Shown here piece after piece: positions 35,300-43,934 of a stretch of 43,934 bases of DNA. Both the position numbers and the translations under genes were made by a program. The DNA is from Hyphochytrium catenoides (Eukaryota; Protista; Hyphochytriomycota). Below the pieces are notes generated by a model. The model ran no database searches. It worked only from the letters and a program-made list of their open reading frames with translations, and was not told the DNA's origin. The first letter of the stretch is position 1. Each line of letters opens with the position of its first letter. The stretch covers positions 1-43,934 of the forward strand of contig FLMG01003765.1 of assembly GCA_900088475.1 (NCBI GenBank), given 5' to 3'.

Positions 35300-36650
35300 T
35301 CATGGCCTAGCAAGATCAGGCAGTATCGAGTCTTGAGTTACGTTAGCATGGAGCTCAAAGTAATGTGAAGCCGAGCCAGTTGGATCAGGCAGTAACGCTG
35401 CCTCCCGTTGATAACTCTCCTTCTCTGCTGCGTCCCGCTCCGTTAAACCTCTTCAAGACTTGTCAGTTCCTTCCTATCCAAACCACTTCGTCACATTATT
35501 TTGTCGTCCACCTACAGCTTTGGGTCTAGTTGCTTCAGCCGCTGCTCATGCTCCTCTACTAGTACCAGCTGCTTCCGTCCAAAAGGAGGACTAGACAATG
35601 GCGGGATCAAGATAAGATTGAGATTGATAGTTTGCGTCCAGAGCTGGACTAGCGGGATTGAGACTGTGCTGGCGTGTAAGGTCTCTCATACGGAAAGAGC
35701 TTTGAGCTTATACAGACCAGGAGTCTGGGGCAAGGCAGGTCTCTGTATGAACTCACAGGCAAGAGGAAATGCTACGAGAGATGCTGGCTGTCCAGTTACC
35801 CTAGTTCTCATTCTTCTTGCTCCTCTAAAAAGGAAGGAAGACATGAATTGGAAATGACAGAGCTTCTTGTGGGGCCAGAAGGCTGGCACCCTGTGTGTCG
35901 AACTGTCCAGCAGGACAACTCCTCCCAGAGCTCGTCCGTTGTTTGGCAGCCCTCGCGGATCATCAGTACGACTAGAGGATGCAGCTCCGTGCTGATAGTA
36001 CGAGTAGTAGTGCTTCCCTTCTCCTGCGATCAACTCATGGACATGGATGAGGACATGATCTCCGCTGCGATCATCATGCTGACAGCGTGACAGCACCGCA
36101 CTCATCATCTCATCATCATGTCAGGTGTCCAGCTTACCAGCGTACAGCGGAACGGTGATAACTGATAACTACTACCAGAGACATCTTTAGTTTCAAACTC
36201 CTGGGTGATGTCTGGAAATTACAAGACTTTGTTAGGTTTCCAAAGCGCTATTTTGCTCTAAGGCCGCTCTGTATGAAACGGTAGACGATTCTGGGAACCC
36301 GTTCATACTTTCATCCACATTGACGTTCCAGTTGGTGATTAGTGATTACGTTGAAGGAATCAGTTATTCCCACGACTGACTTGAGCCACAACTCTGTGCG
36401 CACTTTTGGACAAGGGGTTACTACTGACACCAATATTACTACTGAACTGTCAGACTGCCAAGAGGCGGGAAGGAAAGCACTGCCTCTTACCCGCCCTATT
36501 CGCTCCTCTGACATTACTCTGGCTCACCTGCCAGCCGTTATTACCAACTCTGTCTACCCTTACAACAGTCTAAGTGTACCCAGTAACGTAATCTCATCAT
36601 CATCTGTCTGCCATCATCCCATCTCTTGGAAGCAACTTGCCTGACCCAAC
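35300..36650 (-). mobile_element. Possible decayed hAT-like transposase relic
   Basis: Broken minus-strand frames carry fragments in roughly hAT order: RTELWLKS..SFNVITNH, then SYLDP, then EKESYQREAALLPDP..LPDLARP. There are many stops and no spliced gene was found here. The resemblance was judged by eye only. Confidence 0.25.
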
Positions 36651-37201
36651 CTGCTGGAGGACTCAAGTGCGCTCCTTCGCTCCCCATTGTCCTGGCCCAG
36701 AAAAGCGTCATTTTCTAATTTTCCCTGCCCAGGTGAAGCACCGCCGGCCGCCCTCCCGTGCAGTGCATCACAAAGGTAGAGAAAGGGAAAAGTGCGGGAG
36801 TCAAGGGATCAAAGAGTCATTCTCCTTCTCTATATGTTGATCATTTGACGTCGCCGCTCTTTGCCTCTTTTTGCTTTTTGATACCAGATCCCTATTGTGT
36901 TGAGAGAGATCAAGAGAAGCTGCATCTGTCTGGCAAGCGAACTCTTTTTCGGGACAAGTGCTGTCGTATCGAGCTGCTATCGTCGTGATCTGCTCTTTTC
37001 AGCGGATCCCTACACCGCTCTCGGCTCTGTGTTGCCTAGGCCTTCTGAAGCTGTTAGAGTACTGGGTTTCTTTCCTCCTGTAGAGGAAAGTGCACCTGGA
37101 TACCCCAACCTCTCAGGGTCAATTTTTTATTAGCGTCGAACAGTGCTTCGCAGCGTGCGGAGCTCTGTTCATAATACAACTTCGGAACCATCCGCCAACA
37201 G

Positions 37202-37867
37202 GCTTCAAGCTCTTTTTATAACCAAACCAACCACAACTATGACACTGGTTCACAATATTTCACCTTTGATGATTCCCTTTTGGACCCAAGCCCCTCGGAG
37301 GAGGCGGACTTGCTCTTGGACCTCGTTGAGCTTGACTCCTCATGCCAGGAGGAGGGATCTCACCAGGTCCCTCACTGGCTAACACAAGACCTTCAAGATG
37401 GCAAGGACTCAGAGAACATTGAGGAGCTAATTTTGGATCTTTTTGCACCAGAGAAGCAGCACTCTCCTAAACTTGGATCACTCATTATACCTCCACCTGT
37501 CCATGTGAAGATCGCCAATGTTCCATCCCCACTTCTCGAGCCTGCATTGGGTAAACTTTCCCCTCAACCTCCGACTTACCGCCTCGATCAGCCCAGTGCA
37601 GCTCATTGCAACGGTACCTATGGAAGCTCCGTACTGCCAACCCTTCAAGAAGACGTACACTGTTCGAGAAAAGTGGTAAAAAGTCCCAAAAGTCGCCACC
37701 ATGTACAAAGTAGGTACCGCGCTGCGACCCCAGCCGTGCCCAGACGGCGTGTCGAGCGGTACAGAGTGAAGGGACAGTTTGCCAAGTCACCGGTGGTCTT
37801 TGTCCCTGTTACGGATCTGCAACGCGATAGCGCCAGGAAGTCGGCAAGCGGAAGTCAAGTGGTCTAG
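37202..37867 (+). CDS. Protein with a C-terminal half-CCT-like motif (putative transcription regulator); 5' exon not located
   Basis: The frame is open from a CAG acceptor near 37201. An acidic then Pro-rich region leads to RRRVERYRVKGQFAKSPVVFVPVTDL, which resembles the CCT C-terminal RPRxKG(R/Q)F motif. Confidence 0.55.
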   Translation, partial: ASSSFYNQTNHNYDTGSQYFTFDDSLLDPSPSEEADLLLDLVELDSSCQEEGSHQVPHWLTQDLQDGKDSENIEELILDLFAPEKQHSPKLGSLIIPPPVHVKIANVPSPLLEPALGKLSPQPPTYRLDQPSAAHCNGTYGSSVLPTLQEDVHCSRKVVKSPKSRHHVQSRYRAATPAVPRRRVERYRVKGQFAKSPVVFVPVTDLQRDSARKSASGSQVV

Positions 37868-38500
37868 CTACAGTCACACTCTTGTGGCAGCTATACCTCC
37901 GCCTTTTATGTCAGCGTGAGCGCGCAATGCTGCTGCCGAAGCTATGAGTCTATATGTTGACCTTGGAGGCGCTGCCCCCTAGGTTTGTCTCTATATGTTC
38001 TCTATTGGTCAAAAAGGAAAGAAAAAGCGCACCAATATTTTTGGAAAGTAAAAAGTAAAAGATAAACGTCAAAAACCCCATCATATCCTGCCCTAGAAGC
38101 GCTTGCTTAGTGTAAGACGAGAGCGTGAGCACATGGATAGCCAGAGTGAAAGGACACTATGTATTGGATTGATATATGGTTACAAGGTAAGCATCGGCGC
38201 CACACGGTCCTATTGCGCTAGGCCACCGCATGCGTCGCAGTTGCTGGAGAGGTGCCGAGCCATCCAGACGAGGCGTTCAGGCAATAGTAGGGAATCAGAG
38301 GTAAGATTTAGAGAGAGGCCATGGACAGGAAGTCATGGAATCGCCACGTAAGTTCCTGGATGATAAGGAATATAGGGAGACAACTCCCAGAGGGCAGCAA
38401 TGCTGCTGATTTTGTCACACTGAGGTAAGTCTGGTACTCTGTTTGAGCTGCGTGGTCCCAATGGGTGAAGTGCTGCGCCCCAGAACGCCGCCCTGGCCGG

Positions 38501-39300
38501 TTAGCGTCTTCTTGGCTTCCGGCCAACCACAGTGAATCCATCCTGAGCAAATACCACGTAAGGAAGACATAGAGAAGCAATCAGATAGTGATAGAGAGCA
38601 TCTGAGTACATACTCATCAAAGAAACGGTCTGCAGCCGCGTAGTAGGAGACCCGTTGACAATGTAAGCATGAGGAGACAGCACGCAGGGACGATAGCATA
38701 CAAGCTTCTTCTCAGCCTAAGAGAAGCCCTGTTGCGGGACAATAGTCTTACCTCATCGACCTCTGGCTCTGGTCTTCCTCGTGCTGCAGGCGGGGGCTGT
38801 GGCATACTATCAGCAGCGACCTCCATCTCTTCGTCCATCTCCTCATCTTCGTCCTCATCCTCCTGCTTCGGCACCACAATCGGCGCAGGCGGAGGAGACG
38901 CCAGAATGCGCTCTACCCGCACGTAGTTCCCAACTTTGCACTCATTGCACATCGTCATCAGAAGGTGAGAGACCTCTTCCACACTGCCATCCTCCGTGAT
39001 GGTCTGGAACTCTGTGTCAAGATAATCCGCCAAATAGTCGATCACGTCGTCCACGTCGATGTTGCGCTTCACACGGAACAATTCTAGGAGCTCGGCAGCC
39101 ATGGCACGAGCCTTCTCTTCGCTGTTGCCGCCGCCCCAGTTGCCAGCCACTGCCATCCTTAGCGCTGTCCAGCGGTCGAGGACAGCGTACATTCCTTTGG
39201 AGAAGGAGTCAAAGGCTACTTTGGCTGCCTGTGCGCGTGTGACAGGGCCTCCATTCCCTGCTTCTGTTGATGTCGCTTGGGCTTCGCCTTGCAGCTGCAT
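38501..39300 (-). CDS. TSR2: Pre-rRNA-processing protein TSR2 (eS26 escortin), 196 aa; exons 39300-38752, 38542-38501
   Basis: WGG domain RWTALRMAVAGNWGG..EDGSVEEV, an acidic stretch, and the terminal motif VDEDGFTVVGRKPRRR*. Confidence 0.93.
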
Positions 39301-39722
39301 CTTCCCCAGAAATGACAGAACCTGGATCCTTGCGCTGGCCTGCCACTAGCAAGAGTAAGGCTCGTTCGGATTAGCGAAGATGAAGATGTGCGTTTGCTGA
39401 AGTTAGGGTGAAGAGGCAGGGCGACTGCTGTGTGACGGGAGAGGCAGCTAGTGAGGAGAGACTTGACAGATCAACCAAAGGAGGAAAAGAGAGAGAGAAA
39501 GAGACAGAGAGAAAAAGAGAGAGGAAAAGAGAGGGAGAGAGAAAGAGAGAGAGAGAGAGGGAGATGTTGATGCTTTCAGTTCCCTCTCTTCCTCACCAAC
39601 AGACCAACACAAGGCCTTTAATTACTGAAAAGAGTATTGCGAGGAAATGAGAATATTGTAATTGTACCAGGGCTTAAAGACCTGTTGAAAACATCAGAAT
39701 CACTCCCAAGATGAAGAGCCAA

Positions 39723-39762
<40 letters not shown>

Positions 39763-39968
39763 CTCTAAATGGAGAGAGAGAGTGGGAGAGAGAGAGAGAG
39801 GGAGCTCTAAGCGGAGAGAGAGAGAGAGAGAGCCAAACGGGGAGGGCTTCTGTAAGCAAAAGAGAGAGAGAGAACTCGACCGGCAAGGTTATTGGGCTCT
39901 TGACCAAGCTGTCAGGTCAGCTTGTTATTGCCCGCTGCTCTGCTTCGCCCTCAGATGGAGCGGTAACG

Positions 39969-41108
39969 ATGGGTGACGACTGCCTGCTGGATGCGGGCTT
40001 TATGTTTGATGACGCGCTAGATAAGCGCACCAAGAGCTTTCGGTTCCTCCTGCAGAGAGAAGATGATGCAGAGACAGCAGAGGAGGCAATTGATGTCCAG
40101 CTCCTTTGCGTCGATGATGACCCGGGAGCTCTGCAGGTCACACCAGCAACGTCTTTCTCTCAACTATCGTTACGTTTTCTGCCCTGCGCTTCCTCTCCTG
40201 GCAGGGCCTCCTTTGACTTCCTTGAGCAGTCCCGCTAACTGACCTTCTCATGCCTTGCTTGCTGTCTCCTCGTCCATCAATGGATACTGTTAGTCTGGGC
40301 ATTATGTGTGGCCCGCCTCTCCTCACCTGGCGGAGTTTATCTTAGCCCATCGGCACACGTTCCCTCTGCACAGCTGCATAGTGGAGCTAGGCGCAGGCTG
40401 TGGGCTCTTAGGGCTCGTTTTGGCCCAGCTCCAAGCACGAGGGAAGGCGAAGGAAGAGGCCGAGGTAGAAAGAAGAGGCCGAGGAATAATATTTACAGAT
40501 CACGATCCAGGAGTCTTAGCGACAATAGAGAAGAACATCGCCTTGCAGACTTCTGAAGGAGAAGAGGTAGCGAGTTTCTCATCTTTCGCTCGCATGGCTC
40601 TCATCTACCTTCTGGCGCATTCTCGTATAGAAGCCCTTCTCAGCCCTTATCTCTGCTCTAATAGAGTCCTCTGTCTCTCTCTCTATATATATATGAATCG
40701 CATCCTCCTCGCCTGCAGCAACTGAAGGCGCAGACACATTTCCTGCGATGGGGAGAGGATGGACAGCAGGAGGTGAAGAGCTTGCTGGAGCTCGTCCAAA
40801 CAGTAGAAGGAGAACTTCCCCTCATCGTCGGAGCTGACGTTATCTATTCAAAAGAGGTCGTTAGCTTACTATTCTGGACAGTCAACGCTCTCTTCTCCGC
40901 CTCTAGCCCCAGTTCTTCAACTCGGGAGCTGGTCTTCTTAATGGCCAGCAGCTTCTCCTACGATGAGCAGACGGAGAAGGAGATCGACCGCTGTGCTGCT
41001 CTGTACAAATTAAAGAGAAAGGTGCTACATTGCTCGCTATGCACTGCAGAAGAGAAAGACAAAGAAAGAAGCTTCCGCATTCAGGAGTTTCGAAAGTACA
41101 CGCAATAA
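39969..41108 (+). CDS. Seven-beta-strand protein methyltransferase, Methyltransf_16 (METTL21/23-like) family, 276 aa; join(39969..40136,40294..40566,40719..41108)
   Basis: SGHYVWPAS, motif I IVELGAGCGLLG, post-I IIFTDHD, LRWG, and motif II IVGADVIY. Confidence 0.9.
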
Positions 41109-41461
41109 AAATCTGAAGCAAGGGAAGTCTTTTGGATGACTGCCCGTCCTTCTCTCTCTCTCCCCCTCTCTCTCTCTATTTTTTTCTCTCTCTCTATCCC
41201 GTCCTTTTTCAGGCTTCCAATACTGCCACGGATGATGGCCCGTTCTCAAAGACTTTGATAGCGCTGGCGGAGGAGTGAGAGAGAGACAGAAAGTGGAAGG
41301 AGCCACCACAGGAACAGTATGTATGCTCCGTGATGACTCGGTCTGTGTATCACTGATCGCCGTGGGAGGTGTGTCTCTCCATAACCTTGTCACTTTACTT
41401 CTTCTCCTTGCTCCCGGCTCGTTGTTAGGGCAGACATCAGTGGGAAGCCTACGCCGGACTC

Positions 41462-41794
41462 TTAGATCGTGCCATAGGTTAAAGAGGAAGACCGCGTCGG
41501 CTGTCGAGAGAGAGCAGGAGCATCCTCGTCCTTCTCCTCCTCCCCGCCCTCCACTGGGATAAGCTCCATCGAGTCATTGACTGCCAATAGTCTGCCAGAA
41601 GAAGCTTCATCTGCACTCGGAGCATCCAACCCTTCAAAGTAAGGAGCGCAACGCCTAATCAGGTAGAAGACGACGCACAGCGTCATGAGGGATAGGAAGA
41701 GGAGCCACGCCAGTCTCCCACGGAACAGCGGCTGGATTGTCTGGTCTCCAAGAAGTAGGACGGAGCCATCCACTAAGGCCCGATGCCGTAGCAT
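41462..41794 (-). CDS. Small putative single-pass membrane protein (or the last exon of one)
   Basis: 110-aa ORF from an ATG, with TM segment LAWLLFLSLMTLCVVFYLI, an acidic tail and terminal YGTI. Confidence 0.4.
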   Translation of the reverse strand: MLRHRALVDGSVLLLGDQTIQPLFRGRLAWLLFLSLMTLCVVFYLIRRCAPYFEGLDAPSADEASSGRLLAVNDSMELIPVEGGEEEKDEDAPALSRQPTRSSSLTYGTI

Positions 41795-42361
41795 AGCTAT
41801 TCTTATAGAACGTAATGAACAAAGAGGGGAACCTCAGAGAGGGACAGGAAAGGGAAGAGGTAGAGCTATTCTCAAGGGACAACCATGTATAGGCTCAGCA
41901 AACCCATTGCCTTGCTTTCCGCAAAGCCCAGCAGAACCTAATCAGCAGTAGAGCTGCTCCTCTTCTCTTCCACGCGCTCTCAGCTGGCTGGACAGGCGGC
42001 AGTGACCAGTTCCTAGCGCTGAGGCGCCTGCTGAAGAACGCCGCTTGACCAGCTTTTGAGGTGGAGGATAAGAGAGGAAATGGTGCAGAGATCCTGTGGT
42101 AGCTGCGCCACTGACATCAGAGGTTTGGATGCGCGGTATCTATAAGTTGCTCTGTCTTACCGGAACTCCTGATTTACCGGTAGCAAGGTGTCTCTCTTAC
42201 AGGTCTGTCTCCTTCAACATGATTGTGGTGCTGACAATAATGTTGGGGATGAGTGATGATGGAGCTGCTGCCAGCGGCCGGGCAGAAAGCTGTCTACTCA
42301 GCTGCTTGCGGGTCGTACTATGGAGGAGATGTCAGTCGCGTGCCGTAGAGAGGTGGGAGGT

Positions 42362-42774
42362 AGTGGTTGATTGTACCATCCCCATCACTCCAGGATCAAA
42401 GCCGCCTTTCCGCTCTGCATACAAGCTCAAGCTTGGGCCCGAAGAATTGGAGGTGCTACGAAAGACGCTGAAGGAACTAACGGCGAAGGGCGATCAGGCC
42501 CTCTCTCTCTCCCTATGGCGCCCCAGTGCTGATGATGAGGCAGAACGGCAAGTTCCGCTTCTGCGTGGACTACCGAGCGCTGAATCAAGTTAGCCAGAAG
42601 TTTAACATCGTCTTGCCTCCTTCGGGGCCATTGTCTCCAAGCTACATGGGAACAGGGTTATCAGCATCATTGACCTAACCAAGGGATACTATCAGGTGCG
42701 AGTGGCGGAGCCAGACCTGCATAAAACGGCGTTCAACACACCTTTGTTCGGGGCTCGCACGAATGGCTCGTCAC
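42362..42774 (+). mobile_element. Ty3/gypsy reverse transcriptase fragment, frameshifted (left arm and loop of an inverted repeat)
   Basis: IPITPGSKPP..YKL..EELEVLRKTLKEL..IRPSLSPYGAPVL..GKFRFCVDYRALN..IIDLTKGYYQVRV..DLHKTAFNTP..HEWLV. Confidence 0.9.
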
Positions 42775-43122
42775 GTCTGGCTCCGCCACTCGCGCCTGAT
42801 AGTATCCCTTGGTCAGATCAATGCTGCTGAAAACCTTGTTCCCATGTAGCTTGGAGACAATGGCCTCGAAGGAGGGCAAGGCGAAGTTAAACGTCTAGCT
42901 AACTTGATCTAGAGCTCGGTAGTCCACGCAGAAGCGGAACTTGCCGTTCTGCCACCTTCAGCACTGGGGCGCCATAGGGAGAGAGCGAGGGCCTGATCGC
43001 CCTTCGCCGTTAGTTCCTTCAGCGTCTTTCGTAGCGCCTCCAATTCTTCGGGCCCAAGCTTGTATGCAGAGCGGAAAGGCGGCTTTGATCCTGGAGTGAT
43101 GGGGATGGTACAATCAACCACT
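42362..43122. repeat. Long inverted repeat: arms 42362-42716 and 42775-43122, 58-bp spacer
   Basis: AGTGGTTGATTGTACCATCCCC..GGCGGAGCCAGAC is the reverse complement of GTCTGGCTCCGCC..GGGGATGGTACAATCAACCACT, with scattered mismatches and small indels. Confidence 0.95.
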
Positions 43123-43830
43123 CGCTCTGAAGGTAGCTCGGGTGGCAGGGGCCCTTCGGGGAAGAGATGAGAGTACCTAGCGTACAGAGCCGCCGCGTCC
43201 TTAGGCGCCTCACATGGTTGTCGGGAAAGAGCTCCTTAAACTTGGCCATCACTTCCTTCGCTTCAGGAGAGTGCAGCTCTGTTACTTTTGGCTCTCTCTC
43301 TGGTAGGGATGCCAAGCTCTGGACCTGCAGCCAGAGTCGGAGACTTGCTCTGCCGTGGGAAAAGAGTGAAGATCTAGAGCTTGCATTTTTACGTAGTGAT
43401 ACATTCTTAGCGCTTCTCAGACGTATGCCCGTCATCAAAAGTTTATCGTCTGTCTGTCTGTCCGCCATAGGTAATATAATCATGAAGAGCGGGCTCCCTT
43501 CGCGTGTGTGCCAGCATGAACGACGGGGCAGATGAATGAAAAATCTTCCTAAGCTCGTCGGTCCAATCCAGGCAGAGAGACAAACCGAGATGGTACAGGG
43601 TGTTGCTGGAGGTAGAAGACTTAAGAGTGCAACGTGCCCGATAAGAACAGCTAAATTAAACCATCAGACGGCCTCTCTGGTTCCGCAACGGGGACAGCGG
43701 CGCGCAGTGGTGATAGAGACCTCACAGGCGATAGAAGCTGTGAAGGAGGGAGGCTGAGGGTCGGCATGCGGAGGAGACGGACAACAGTCAAGAGAGGACC
43801 TTGATGGTCTTTCCATTAGAATGAATGGTA
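42775..43830 (-). mobile_element. Decayed Ty3/gypsy pol fragment (probable protease remnant through RT N-terminal half)
   Basis: The minus strand reads NGKTIKVL/LDC (protease-like, ~43790-43820), then LFPEGPLPPELPSERVVDCTIPITPG..FRFCVDYRAL..FSSIDLTKGYYQARV, with stops and frameshifts. Confidence 0.85.
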
Positions 43831-43934
43831 GCTCAAGATGACTAGAAAGATGTCTTCACTTGGCATTAGGTGGTAGTATCCTGCTCTACCTCCACTTTCT
43901 TCTTCTTTCTCTCTCTCTCTCTCTCTATCTTCCC

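Noticed and set aside
11091-41108. Possible ribosome-biogenesis cluster (importin-alpha, RPS4, TSR2, methyltransferase)
   Set aside because: The genes are spread over 30 kb among unrelated genes; there is no evidence beyond coincidence.
1-43934. CRISPR arrays, prokaryotic operons or defence systems, rRNA/tRNA genes
   Set aside because: The sequence is spliceosomal-intron eukaryotic DNA. I saw no repeat-spacer array or rRNA/tRNA signature by eye, and the RT here is a gypsy LTR type, not a retron, DGR or group II intron RT.

Overview
This is an intron-rich eukaryotic nuclear window, probably from a protist or microalga (stramenopile-like is my inference, not proven). It has GT-AG introns, many (GA)n/(CT)n microsatellites and four N-gaps. 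I spliced the genes by hand. Left to right they are: two tandem paralogous small membrane proteins; a three-repeat MYB; an importin-alpha-like ARM protein with no recognisable IBB domain but a His-rich N-terminus and a C-terminal Cys/His finger followed by basic and acidic tracts; a divergent cyclophilin; RPS4; an orphan probably mitochondrion-targeted protein; a double-PA-domain protein ending in KEEL; a long coiled-coil protein; an aspartokinase-homoserine dehydrogenase fusion whose HSDH catalytic motifs are degenerate; a protein with half a CCT motif; TSR2 head-to-head with a METTL21-like methyltransferase; and a small TM ORF. The window ends in a decayed Ty3/gypsy element whose RT segment forms a ~350-bp-arm inverted repeat. 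The strongest leads are the pseudo-HSDH fusion, the rearranged importin-alpha and the retroelement hairpin. No database searches were run, so novelty is unverified.
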